A stretch of 64,000 nucleotides of DNA from Spirochaetaceae bacterium (GCA_965224705.1 OZ245056.1:1056001-1120000); one strand, 5' to 3'; positions 1 to 10,285 are shown, numbered from the stretch's first letter. Notes: a model not told the origin generated them from the letters alone. Program-made: numbers and translations.

Positions 1-13
1 TTAACTGATCGCA

Positions 14-575
14 GTCGCCCCCCGTGCGGGGGTGTGGATTGAAACGGAAAGAAAAAGAGGATCAGGTACTGTCCCCTGATGTCGCCCCCCGTGCGGGGGT
101 GTGGATTGAAACAATTCCGGCAGCTGAAATAGTCTGGCAGCAGGCAAGTCGCCCCCCGTGCGGGGGTGTGGATTGAAACGTCATTTCATCATCTTCCAGA
201 GTAACCGCCTTTGGAGTCGCCCCCCGTGCGGGGGTGTGGATTGAAACAACAACAAAATCCCCCGTAATGTCTCGTTTAGAGTGTCGCCCCCCGTGCGGGG
301 GTGTGGATTGAAACGGGGGACAGGGTCTTTCGGGGTCTGGATAGAGAGTCGCCCCCCGTGCGGGGGTGTGGATTGAAACTTCGGGGTCTGGATAGAGACG
401 TCCTATTACGCAGTCGCCCCCCGTGCGGGGGTGTGGATTGAAACCTCATTTTATCAGGTGATAGCACCTGATTTTCTGTCGCCCCCCGTGCGGGGGTGTG
501 GATTGAAACTTCTACGCTGGGCTGGTAGTTGCCAATGCCATAGGTCGCCCCCCGTGCGGGGGTGTGGATTGAGAC
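14..575 (+). CRISPR. Type I-C CRISPR array, trailer end; 9 repeats, 8 complete spacers of 33-36 bp; continues beyond the window start
   Basis: 32-bp repeat GTCGCCCCCCGTGCGGGGGTGTGGATTGAAAC at 14, 81, 148, 216, 283, 348, 413, 478 and 544. The last copy is degenerate (ends GAGAC), marking the trailer. GTCGC...ATTGAAAC with an internal hairpin is typical of I-C. Confidence 0.98.
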
Positions 576-639
576 ATGTGTTATGTTAATTGTATAGACC
601 AGAGGAGGTTGTTTAGAGTTGTGAAGATGCCCCAAGTAG

Positions 640-950
640 TTGATGCAAGCATACACGACTAGTACCGATGGATCCGCATGGAATGCCCTGACGAGAAGAC
701 ACGAGAAAAGGGAAATGATTGACACCATAAGGCATGTCCAACAGGAAAACTCCTATAGGACAGATCCTCCCCGTGTGCATGAGGAACTAAAGAAGAAGGG
801 GTTCGGTCGCAGCAAAGTGGCCCGCCTTATTTAGTGAAAACGATTTAAAATGCCGCACTAAAAGAGTTTATATCAAAACAACTGTATCGGACCCGGCAGA
901 AGGAATCAACTCCCGATTTGTTGCGGAGAGACTTTGCTGCCAGAGGGCAT
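640..950 (+). pseudogene. IS3-family OrfB transposase remnant
   Basis: Broken frames read RVHEELKKKGFGRSKVARLI*, then ENDLKCRTKRVYIKTT and PDLLRRDFAA, resembling the IS3 OrfB N-terminal region. Confidence 0.6.
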
Positions 951-1238
951 GAGAAGGTGTTTTTTCAGTTGATGTGTGGAGTTCTTTGTCTTAACGCACA
1001 AAAGATACTTCAATATTACATTCTGCCAGCCCTGAACAAAGAAGCGGCATTGAAGTAATAGGAAGAAGTATATCTAAAACAGAGAAAAATGGCTTTTTTC
1101 ATATAAAAGGCTTGACAAAAGCTTTATTTTTAACGAAAACTTGGCCAAAGTAGCATCAGGGGCAGCGACATTTCTTGCTCTAACTGATACCTTATAGAGG
1201 GTTTTTGAATGAGTTCCGTCACTTAACGAGACAGGAAT

Positions 1239-1892
1239 ATGTGTAAATATCAAATTTCAATGGAGATTTCAGGAATTCTGGCGATGTGGGCCAGGCCTGA
1301 TACTGGTTCAAGCCCAACTTCTTATCCCATACCCACATGGTCAGCAGTTAAAGGGCTATTTGAATCAATCGCTTTTTTAAAAGATGGTCGGGCTTGGGTT
1401 AACCCAACTCATGTTGAAGTGTGCAAGCCTGTTAATCAGCAAAGTCATGGTGAAATCCATTATCAAAAGTACATGACCAATTATGGCGGGCCATTGAGAG
1501 AAACGACTCTGGTTAACAATGGTAATAACTACCAATTTCCTGCTTTAATGGTGGCTAACCCTTGTTACCGTCTATATGCCAAAATAGAAAATGGTTCTGG
1601 GAAGCCGATGAAGCGTGGTGATAATCCCTGCCATACTTTGCAGGGAATTTTTGAACGGCGCTTGCATAAGGGGCAGTGCTATCATACGCCTTGTTTAGGT
1701 TGGAGTGAGTGCGTACCCGGCTACTGGGGTGAATTTAGGGAAGGTACCGAAGTTGATAAAAAAATAAATATCAATTTGGTATCTGTATTGAAAGGCATGT
1801 TTGATTCTCCTTTAAATGGTCAATATGCACCACATTTCCAGCAGGGTGAGGATGCATGGATAAAAGAAGGGGAATTTCGTTATGCTGAATGA
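1239..1892 (+). CDS. cas5: CRISPR-associated Cas5 (I-C, Cas5d-like)
   Basis: N-terminal MEISGILAMWARPD...SYPIPTWSAVKGLFESI and C-terminal PCLGWSEC Cas5d-like motifs; first gene of the cas operon. Confidence 0.9.
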   Translation: MCKYQISMEISGILAMWARPDTGSSPTSYPIPTWSAVKGLFESIAFLKDGRAWVNPTHVEVCKPVNQQSHGEIHYQKYMTNYGGPLRETTLVNNGNNYQFPALMVANPCYRLYAKIENGSGKPMKRGDNPCHTLQGIFERRLHKGQCYHTPCLGWSECVPGYWGEFREGTEVDKKININLVSVLKGMFDSPLNGQYAPHFQQGEDAWIKEGEFRYAE

Positions 1893-3989
1893 GTTAGCAC
1901 TTATTCGCAATGGGATTGCGGAACTGGATGGAACCTCATTAAAACCTATCCATAAACAATTGCATGAACCGGGTAAAAAAATCTTTTGCGGGTGGTTTTA
2001 TCAGTTAACAGCTCAACCAATGCTGTGGAAATTGCAGAACTTGATTATTTGTCGGGAGATAGAAATAAAAAATATTGGAGCCAGGGTGACGGCAATAAAA
2101 ATCAATTCCCGGCAGTGAAATTGGAATTCCCTCTACGCCCTGGCGGAGTAAGAGCTTATCAAGATTGGAAAGCAGCCAATAAAAAACCATCGTCTGACAG
2201 TTGGTTGAAAGCACTAGCGCAAATCAGAAAAAAATATCCTCTGGATATTTCCAAAACCCAAAAATGGCCTTCTTACAGAAGCAAATTAAAGGAAAAAAGA
2301 GCCAAGTTATACCAAGGATTGAAAGCTGATGCATATGTCATAAAACAATTATTGGATACCTTTCTAAGTACTAACAACTTACTAGTTAAATTGGATGAAA
2401 AATTACTGGATTATTGCCAACGTAATGCAGATAACAACAAATTGAAACTGGCTGCACTTATTTGGTTTGCGGATGGCAAAGTAGATGCTAAAGGAAATAT
2501 GCCTGATGGTGGCAGGCCGACCTTATTGCTGGATATGCAAGCAAATGGCAGTTGTTCAGCAGCGCATATACATTGGCGGCAGGTGCTTTCAGACTTTTTG
2601 TTTGAACAAGAATCAACAGACAAAGGCGATTGTGTGATCAGTGGCAAACAAGACACTTCTATCATCACAGACACCTTTCCAGCCGTTAAATGTGATCATT
2701 TAGGTGATGTAAAACTGTTTTCGCGTAAGAAAGAAACGCCAACTTATCAACGCTATGGGAAAGAAGGTGCTGCCAGCATGGCTGTTTCTGCTGCATTAGC
2801 CGATGAAATGGCAAGTGCATTACGTTATTTAAATGAAAAAGAAAGAGGTACAACCAGAGATGTGGTTCCTGGTGAGACAGGAGTAGGTGATCTATTGATA
2901 ACTTTTTGCCGCCAACTGCCTGATGTGGAACCCGTTCGTTTATTAACCCATAATGCAGAACCTTTGGATGACGAAGATGCCTATGAAGTGGAGGCAGAAC
3001 AAATTTGTAAGGCGTTCAAAGGCAAAGATAATACATTGATGGCCCAGGTTGATTTTCTGATTATCCGCAAAATCAATGATGGTGTGCAAAAAGCGATTTT
3101 TTCATCCTCACAATCGCTGGCTAATCTGGAAGCTGGGGCTAAACATTGGACACGAGCTTGCCATAACACGCCAGAAATAAAGCTGGCTTTATTCAAGAAA
3201 GGCGATAAAACACCGCGTTTCACGAAACCTAAGTCAATCTCCCCTAAGCAATTTTCAATTTTGTTCAAAAAGCACTACACGCAAGATATTGGCAATAAAA
3301 CGCCTGAAGTACCTGGACTGCCGTTTGCTGAGGCAATGCAGTTATTTTTGTACGAAATACCTAATGTTAATTTGGCAACCAGGTTATTACAGCGCTTGCT
3401 AAAACAGTTTTCCAATTTGCTGGTAAAAGCCGCACTGAAACAAACCAAACCCATTAAGCATCATCAAGATGCACTTTACGTTATTACTGCTATCGGATTG
3501 TTGCTACATAAAGCAGGCCGTAAGAAGGAGTTATATATGAGCGAACTTGCCTATAAGCTAGGGCAGTTTTTTTCCGCCCTGGATGAAATCCATATTGGTT
3601 ATTGCAGCAGCGAATGCAATGGACAAATTCCGCCCCGTTTAATCGGTAATCAGGCCTATGCAACAGCAGTGACAAACCCAGCAAAAGCACTGGAAATTAC
3701 CGCACAGAGATCAGCGGTTTACCAAGCCTGGGCAAAAAGAACAAGCGAAAAGGCAGATGAAAAAATATCAGATAAAAAAGTTAAAAATGCCAAATATGCC
3801 TATCGATGGCTGCGTAAGCATTGTGCCGATTTACATTTGTTGGCACCCCAGCTTATACAGCCGCCTTCCACAACAGATAAAGCTGAACTTTTGCTGGGCT
3901 ATATGGCAGGCAGGCCATTTGCGGGTAGTAATAATAATTCAGAAAATAGCAATAATGAACAACCTAATGATTCACGAGGAGAGTATTAA
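1882..3989 (+). CDS. cas8c: Cas8c/Csd1-like large subunit, split by a frameshift at the A7 tract 1975-1981
   Basis: Lies between cas5 and cas7. MLNEL... start at 1882 overlaps the cas5 stop; adding one A joins it to the 1986-3989 frame. C-terminal AYKLGQ...LLGY segment resembles Csd1. Confidence 0.75.
3537..3989 (+). CDS. cas11: Putative Cas11 small subunit, translated from an internal in-frame start in cas8c (150 aa)
   Basis: AAGGAG at 3525-3530, 6 nt before an in-frame ATG (MSELAYKLGQ). Internal Cas11 translation is established for I-C. Confidence 0.65.
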   Translation: MSELAYKLGQFFSALDEIHIGYCSSECNGQIPPRLIGNQAYATAVTNPAKALEITAQRSAVYQAWAKRTSEKADEKISDKKVKNAKYAYRWLRKHCADLHLLAPQLIQPPSTTDKAELLLGYMAGRPFAGSNNNSENSNNEQPNDSRGEY

Positions 3990-3991
3990 TC

Positions 3992-4903
3992 ATGGAAAAT
4001 CATTCTGTACCTTTTAACCGTTGTATTGGCCTGGCCGTTTTGGAAGTGGTGATGTCTAACCCAAATGGCGATCCTGATATGGAATCTGATCCTCGCACAA
4101 TAGACACTAACGGTCATGGCTTGATTACGCCTGTTTCTTATAAGCGTAAATTTCGTGATCTGGTTGAGGACAACGAAGGTCTTGTTTTTCAAACCGCCAA
4201 AGAAAAATTGAGTTTGGATGAAAGCCGATACAAGATTTTGGAATCCAGGGGGCGGAATCGTAAAGCAATCCTTGACATGGATAAACAAGAATTTAAAGAT
4301 ACTTATTGGGATGCCCGATTGTTTGGTAACACTTTTCTTGAAAGTCTAAAAGATAAAGATCTGAGTACTGAAGAAAAGACGCGTAAAAAAAACGGTGGTT
4401 ATGCGCATTTTATTCGTACCGGTGCAGTTCAAGTTGGGGTCGGTACATCTGTAGCACCTGTTGAAATTGAACGCCTAACCATGACCAATAAATCCGGTGT
4501 ACAAGAAGATAAAGACCGAGGCATGGCGCCTTTGGCTTTTCGCGTGGTGCGGCATGGTATTTACACTATTCCTTTTTATATCAACCCGTCGATTGCACAA
4601 AAAACAGGTGCGGATGCTAAGGATTTAGAACTCTTTAAGTTTTTGGCACCTCTGGTATATCAGCACACCGCTTCGGCTATTCGTCCGCAGGTTAATACCT
4701 TGCATGTTTGGTTTGCAGAGCACAAAAGTCCACTGGGTTCATGCCCTGACCATTTACTGATTGATGCCTTAACGCCTGTTGTTAAGGAAGATATTGATCA
4801 ACCTGGTGCACGAAGTGATTATCAGGTGCCAACACGGAGCGATTTAGACGAAGCAACCAGCCAGCGTTTTAATCAGATTGTTGACCTGTGTAATGTCAAA
4901 TAA
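3992..4903 (+). CDS. cas7: Cas7/Csd2 backbone subunit (I-C)
   Basis: SNPNGDPD...PR, ITPVSYKRKFRD, YWDARLFG and TGAVQ Csd2 motifs. Confidence 0.93.
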   Translation: MENHSVPFNRCIGLAVLEVVMSNPNGDPDMESDPRTIDTNGHGLITPVSYKRKFRDLVEDNEGLVFQTAKEKLSLDESRYKILESRGRNRKAILDMDKQEFKDTYWDARLFGNTFLESLKDKDLSTEEKTRKKNGGYAHFIRTGAVQVGVGTSVAPVEIERLTMTNKSGVQEDKDRGMAPLAFRVVRHGIYTIPFYINPSIAQKTGADAKDLELFKFLAPLVYQHTASAIRPQVNTLHVWFAEHKSPLGSCPDHLLIDALTPVVKEDIDQPGARSDYQVPTRSDLDEATSQRFNQIVDLCNVK

Positions 4904-7238
4904 TTATGCAGCACATTCATCACCCAAAGACCGGCCTGAAGATAATCCGCATAGCTATGCGGATCATGTTCGAGCCGTCGAACGCCTTGGTTTGCGCCAT
5001 GCGCGAAATATGTTCAAGTATGCAAACTTATCGCCTGAGGGGATTGCTAAATATACGCAATCATTAAACTGTGCGTTACGTATTCACGACATAGGCAAAT
5101 TGGAAGCAGGCAATCAGGCCGTACTGAGTGGCAAAAAAACCGGCAAATTACCCTATGACCATGTGGATGCGGGGGTAGCAATTGCCTTGGCACAGCAGGA
5201 TCAATTGACTGCTTTACTGATACGCGCCCATCATGCACCAGGTTTGGCGAGCACCAAAGATGAGGGATTATTAAAGCGGCGTTTAGGGGAAATAAACTTG
5301 CTGAGAGGCAAACGGCATCAGCGAAATAGTGTTGAAGCCCTGTTTCTTGAAGAACATAAAAAACTTATCGATAGAACGGATGCTTTGGTCAATCAATTGC
5401 GCATAGCGCATGAAAGTTCATGCGATGATGATTTGACCAAAACAAGTATCACGGCGTTAAAAGAAGGCGAGGCATTAACAATAAGATTGTTGCTTTCTTG
5501 TTTGGTCGATGCTGATCATAGCGATGCAGCAGCCTATTATGCCAGGCAAGCCGCCTCGCTGTGTGATGATTTAGTCAAGCCCAAATGGTCAGAACGCTTG
5601 CAGCAACTCACACGAAAAATAAACGCATTGCAAGGCGATGACCCTGAACGTCAAGTGTTGCGCGATGAACTATTTAGTCAATGCCTAAACAATGACAATC
5701 ATAAACCTATTGTCACATGTGCCGCACCAGTCGGCTTGGGTAAAACCACAGCAGTAAGTGCTAATCTATTACAGCGTGCTATTCAGCATGATTTGCGCAG
5801 AATTTTTGTTATTGCGCCTTTTACCAATGTGATTAGTCAAACCGCTAAACGTTTACGTGACTATCTAGTGTTAGATGGCGAAGACCCTAATACCGTCATT
5901 GTTGAGCATCACCATCGTGCAGAATTTGATAGTGTTGAAAAACGCCAATATACAGAAACCTGGCAGGCACCGATTATCGTAACAACTGCGGTGCAGTTTT
6001 TTGAAACCTTAGCCAGTGCATCACCGACCCCATTGCGTAAATTACATCAACTACCTGGATCAGCGATCTTTATTGATGAAGCACATGCCTGTGTGTCGCC
6101 TCATTTAATGCGCCAGACTTGGCATTGGATCAAACAATTGGCGGCTACCTGGTCATGCCATGCGGTGTTGGCTTCTGGCTCGTTGGTGAAATATTGGGAA
6201 GACCGAGAAATTGTTGGCGGGGATAATGCGGTGAGTTTGATGAGTTTGCTGCAGCAGGACTTTTTTCAGGTAACCCAAGCTGCAGAGCATAGTAGATTAA
6301 AGTTTGCTCGGTTGAATGACGGGAAGGATATTGATAAAAGCGCCTTATTAAATGCCGTAGCAGAAACTGATATACAAGGCAGCCGCTTGATTATTTTAAA
6401 TACTGTGCAATCAGCCGCTGTGATAGCCCAGGCCTTACAACAGATGCTGCAACCGGATATTGGCCAATCGATTTCACTGGCTGAACGTAAAGTATTGCAC
6501 TTATCGACCGCTTTAGCACCGGTAGATCGTGCAAGAGTTATTGATGAATTAAGTAGCCGTCAACGAAAAGATAGTTATTGGAAGAATAAAGATTGGTTCT
6601 TGGCGGCAACCAGTTGTGTAGAAGCTGGCGTTGATCTGGATTTTGATTTCGGCTTCCGTGAACGTTGTTCCATGACCAGCTTTTTGCAAACTGCCGGACG
6701 CATTAATAGAGAAGGTTTAAATCCAAATAGCACCCTTTATGATTTCTTCTTGTCGAGTGATGAAGGTATTTTGCACCATCCTGGCTTTAAGGATTCGATA
6801 CAAATATTCGATAACTTTTGGGAAAAACTCATAGCAAAACAAGATCCCCTTGATGAACTATCAACTTTAGCAATTAAAGAAGAAATTAGAAGAATAGAGG
6901 CAAGTAAAGAAAAAACGGTAACCCGTTTAGCAAAAGATGAAAATAACCATAATTTTCAACAAGTACAAAAAACATTCAAAATTATTTTATCCGATACAAT
7001 CACGGTAATAGTGGACGAAGAATTAAAAGAGTCCATAAGCAAAAACATTCCAGTCAGTTATAAAAAAATTCAAAATCAATCTATCCAAATATGGCGTAAT
7101 AAAATTGAGCAGTTTGGCATCACGCCCTGTGAACAGGAATCAGGAATTTATTTTTGGAATTATGGTTACGATCCTGATTTTTTGGGTTATATGAAAGACA
7201 TGGATAGAATGATTCGGCATAGCGGGTGGATTATCTAA
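4893..7238 (+). CDS. cas3: Cas3 HD nuclease-helicase
   Basis: HDIGK, HH and LVDADHSD HD motifs; APVGLGKT, DEAH, EAGVDLDF and QTAGRINR helicase motifs. Confidence 0.95.
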   Translation: MSNNYAAHSSPKDRPEDNPHSYADHVRAVERLGLRHARNMFKYANLSPEGIAKYTQSLNCALRIHDIGKLEAGNQAVLSGKKTGKLPYDHVDAGVAIALAQQDQLTALLIRAHHAPGLASTKDEGLLKRRLGEINLLRGKRHQRNSVEALFLEEHKKLIDRTDALVNQLRIAHESSCDDDLTKTSITALKEGEALTIRLLLSCLVDADHSDAAAYYARQAASLCDDLVKPKWSERLQQLTRKINALQGDDPERQVLRDELFSQCLNNDNHKPIVTCAAPVGLGKTTAVSANLLQRAIQHDLRRIFVIAPFTNVISQTAKRLRDYLVLDGEDPNTVIVEHHHRAEFDSVEKRQYTETWQAPIIVTTAVQFFETLASASPTPLRKLHQLPGSAIFIDEAHACVSPHLMRQTWHWIKQLAATWSCHAVLASGSLVKYWEDREIVGGDNAVSLMSLLQQDFFQVTQAAEHSRLKFARLNDGKDIDKSALLNAVAETDIQGSRLIILNTVQSAAVIAQALQQMLQPDIGQSISLAERKVLHLSTALAPVDRARVIDELSSRQRKDSYWKNKDWFLAATSCVEAGVDLDFDFGFRERCSMTSFLQTAGRINREGLNPNSTLYDFFLSSDEGILHHPGFKDSIQIFDNFWEKLIAKQDPLDELSTLAIKEEIRRIEASKEKTVTRLAKDENNHNFQQVQKTFKIILSDTITVIVDEELKESISKNIPVSYKKIQNQSIQIWRNKIEQFGITPCEQESGIYFWNYGYDPDFLGYMKDMDRMIRHSGWII

Positions 7239-7400
7239 TTCCCACCTGTACCCCCATCGCAGGCCCGAATGGTGTAGGTAAGACCACTTTCGCTTTGCGT
7301 CATCTGCCTTCGGTTGCTTGCTCCCTTGATAAAAAAGGGAGTTTTGTGCTTTTATATTTTTGAAGAACAGGAAAGAGAACTTTCTTCATTAGAGGTATCC

Positions 7401-8240
7401 TTGAGCAATACGAAACGCGCGGCTGCCATAATGCTTTTCTGCCTGAGTGGAACACTGTTCGCGCAGTCTCCTGATGATAGAGAGGCTGTGCCGAAGGAGC
7501 CGGACACTCACTCCGAGCTTGATGTGGGTTTGGGGCTGTCAACGTCCGTTATGGCGGATACGGTTTACGCTTATCTGTACAAAGTTCCCGTGATTGGAAG
7601 ATTGCGATTGGAATACAGTCATACCAAGGGGATTGTAAACCATCAGGTGGGACTGGGCGGCGGGATAGGCCGTCTTTTTTCCCCCTATGAGAGTACGCCC
7701 GGTTATGCCTCACCGGATGATTTAACTTTTTTGATGGAAGCTTACTACACCCCGCGTTTCCGTTTTCTTCATACCGGAGGCCTTTCCCTGTACGCGGGTC
7801 CGGGCGTTCATCTGTACGGCAGCGGTTGGATTCCCGACAGCGGCGAAGTCGATGTGCTGCGCTACGCCTGGTCCATTCATACCGGGTTAGGGGCTTCATT
7901 CTTCCTGAATTATGCCCCGAAGAAAGGCGGACAGATCAATTTGAGTCTGTACATACCGGTGTTTGGTGTGTTGTGGAGACCTCCTTATTCAGGCTATACC
8001 CTGAGGGAGGAGAATCTCCTGGAAACCGAGGGCATGCTCAGCGCAATCTTTGCCAATCCTTTATTCGCATCCTTCCATAACCTTCTGAGTGTCACTCTCC
8101 GCTTCAGCTACGAACTGCCGCTTTCCCGGCTTATCGCCCTGAAGTTTGAATACAGTGCTCTCTTCGAATATATTTCCGTTCCCAGAGAACGAATGGAGTT
8201 TCAAAACAATGTCAGTGCGGCTGTATCGTTTCGATTTTAA
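7401..8240 (+). CDS. Exported, probable outer-membrane beta-barrel-like protein (start uncertain)
   Basis: Signal-peptide-like segment, aromatic/Gly-rich strands, C-terminal VSFRF; paired with an S41 peptidase. Confidence 0.55.
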   Translation: MSNTKRAAAIMLFCLSGTLFAQSPDDREAVPKEPDTHSELDVGLGLSTSVMADTVYAYLYKVPVIGRLRLEYSHTKGIVNHQVGLGGGIGRLFSPYESTPGYASPDDLTFLMEAYYTPRFRFLHTGGLSLYAGPGVHLYGSGWIPDSGEVDVLRYAWSIHTGLGASFFLNYAPKKGGQINLSLYIPVFGVLWRPPYSGYTLREENLLETEGMLSAIFANPLFASFHNLLSVTLRFSYELPLSRLIALKFEYSALFEYISVPRERMEFQNNVSAAVSFRF

Positions 8241-8250
8241 TCGGTTCAGA

Positions 8251-9327
8251 ATGCCTCTCCACAGGGGATTAAGTCTGCTCGTCTCCCTGGGATTGTGGGT
8301 CATGACGGCGGCATGCACCGGCAGCTTCGGATCGGATTTTGAGAACACGCCGAAAGGCAACTATGATTATTTCTTTTACGATCTGAACAAAACCTACGCT
8401 TATTGGGATTACACTTTCGATGGAAAAACCCTCTCTCAAATCCAAAGTGAGGAATCCTCCGGTATAGACAGCTCCTGGGATTCTCTGCAAACCGCTCTGG
8501 ACAGAGTCATCAACTTACGCATTCGAGACCCCCATCTTTATTCCAAATACTCTCCGATACCGGATATCGATCTGGCCGAAGACACATTGCTCAAAAATGA
8601 GCGGCAGAGCGATTTTAGTGACTACGTGCCGGGTGAAATCGACGATATAGAATGGCTGGAGCGAGAGCAGTTTCTTTTTTTCGGCATCGTGAAGACGTCC
8701 CAGAAAATCGGGTATGTTTTTGTGGATAGCCTTGTTGACAACGTGGGCGGAAGCCAAAGGCTAAGCGATTCGCAGGACTTCGGTGCCATTACGGACAGCA
8801 TGTTAACCCAATTCCAGTCCCGCGGTGTCGAGAAGCTTATCTTTGATGTTCGCTCGCCAGCCGGGGGAGCGGTGCACAGAGGCAAGGCCATCAGCTCCCG
8901 GTTCGTATCGTCCCAAAAGGTGTTCATGATTTCCGAAGCCCCGGACACGTCGGGAGAATATAAACGCCGGGAAGAAACTATCTCGCCCGCAGGCAATGCC
9001 TATTACCGGGATAAACCGCTGGTCATTCTGACCAATACCAATACCTGCAGCGGAGGGGAAATGCTCGTTCTCATGCTCCGGCAGGCCGATGGCTACATCA
9101 AAACCATCGGAAAATCGACAAGGGGATGCGCGGGAACCATCATCGACCGGGAATTGCCCAACGGATGGATAATCCGTGTAACATCCAGCCGAACATTCAT
9201 GCCCGAAGAAAAAGAGTATTTCAAGGTTGGCATTGAACCTGAACAGATTGAAGATTTTGACTGGAAAAACGATGAGGAAGATACCGTACTGGGCGCGGCC
9301 ATTGAATTACTCGAAAAGACACAGTAG
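8251..9327 (+). CDS. S41-family peptidase, probable lipoprotein
   Basis: Lipobox-like TAAC; IGYV, LIFDVRSPAGG, ILTNTNTCSGGE, IGKSTRG and GIEPE motifs. Confidence 0.8.
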   Translation: MPLHRGLSLLVSLGLWVMTAACTGSFGSDFENTPKGNYDYFFYDLNKTYAYWDYTFDGKTLSQIQSEESSGIDSSWDSLQTALDRVINLRIRDPHLYSKYSPIPDIDLAEDTLLKNERQSDFSDYVPGEIDDIEWLEREQFLFFGIVKTSQKIGYVFVDSLVDNVGGSQRLSDSQDFGAITDSMLTQFQSRGVEKLIFDVRSPAGGAVHRGKAISSRFVSSQKVFMISEAPDTSGEYKRREETISPAGNAYYRDKPLVILTNTNTCSGGEMLVLMLRQADGYIKTIGKSTRGCAGTIIDRELPNGWIIRVTSSRTFMPEEKEYFKVGIEPEQIEDFDWKNDEEDTVLGAAIELLEKTQ

Positions 9328-9612
9328 GGCGCCTCTAAAAACCCGCTTTCGGAATCTGGCGCAGAGATTTTTCACTGATGCAAGGCGACAAAAACGGAGC
9401 TAGCTGGGCTGCGTGAGCATTCTGGCAACGCAGCAGCAGGGGATGCGAGTCTATGGACTCGCATCCTGAGAGAGTGCCGAGCGATAGCGAGGAAAAGCCG
9501 CCACGGATGGCGGCGAAAACGAACGAAGGCGGCTCTCCAGAAGCAAGCAGGAGGCTTGCTTCTGGAGAGAAGGGCAAAAATCGAGCCGTGAGGCGTAAGT
9601 CCGACAGACTCC
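9327..9612 (+). mobile_element. Hairpin-rich MITE, copy with a chimeric left end
   Basis: Body near-identical to 40498-40785; right end AAGTCCGACAGACTCC; left end GGGCGCCTCTAAAAACCC differs from the other copies. Confidence 0.8.
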
Positions 9613-9634
9613 TGGCTGCCGTTCAGAGGATAGA

Positions 9635-10285
9635 ATGAAAAAAGCAGCGCTAATGATATTACTCGCCGTTACAGGTTCGTTGTTTTCGGAAGAACCAATT
9701 CCGTTCAACGTCAAGATGATGTACTACTATGAATATCAGTTCCCAGACATAGTTGAGCTAACAATTGATTACCTCAATAGTGAATCATCACTTGAAGACA
9801 AGTGGGCTCATAAGCTAATTGCTTTCTACATAGCTCTCTTTGAGAATGATTCAACAGTCCGGTCAAAAGTCAAGAACTCGATAGACAGAATTTCCAGCAA
9901 TCGGTATGTAATCCAAAGAAGTCTGGACAAGACACCGTCTGATTATCTTGATCAGTTTCCTCCCTCACCCACAAAGAACGATTTATTCTGGAGCATGTTC
10001 TTCGCAACCGGTGATGGGGAGTACCTGAACTACCTTATCAAGAATATTCCTCTATATGAAAATCGAAAAGACTTGAATTTGTTCATGACTGGATCAACAG
10101 CGATATGGTCATTATCGGCTAACTCCAAACAACATGAGGCCGTATCTGAGTATATCGGAAGTATTAAAACCGAATCAGAATATGTCGGGCATTGGTTAAA
10201 CCAAATTCTAGAGCTTGATATAGGCGATTTTCGCGAAAATGTTGTGACGATTATAAAAAACCAGAAGGAACTCGGAATATGGTAA
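9635..10285 (+). CDS. Hypothetical exported protein, probable orphan gene cassette
   Basis: Signal peptide MKKAALMILLAVTGSLFS; followed by an attC-like left half. Confidence 0.7.
   Translation: MKKAALMILLAVTGSLFSEEPIPFNVKMMYYYEYQFPDIVELTIDYLNSESSLEDKWAHKLIAFYIALFENDSTVRSKVKNSIDRISSNRYVIQRSLDKTPSDYLDQFPPSPTKNDLFWSMFFATGDGEYLNYLIKNIPLYENRKDLNLFMTGSTAIWSLSANSKQHEAVSEYIGSIKTESEYVGHWLNQILELDIGDFRENVVTIIKNQKELGIW

Noticed and set aside
113..147. Spacer resembling cas8c near 2104-2122 (self-targeting?)
   Set aside because: Only about 18 nt align and two indels are needed; compatible with chance.
276..728. 150-aa minus-strand ORF with VSIHTPARGAT repeats
   Set aside because: It is a translation of the CRISPR repeats.
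1150..1200. Hairpin before cas5 with a GTCGC-like stretch, as a possible CRISPR-like regulatory RNA
   Set aside because: Similarity to the repeat is too short and no second repeat is visible.
9335..9714. Recurrent short ORFs (MPFSPEASLLLASGEPPSF...), also near 40500, 52700 and 58800
   Set aside because: They are translations of the MITE.
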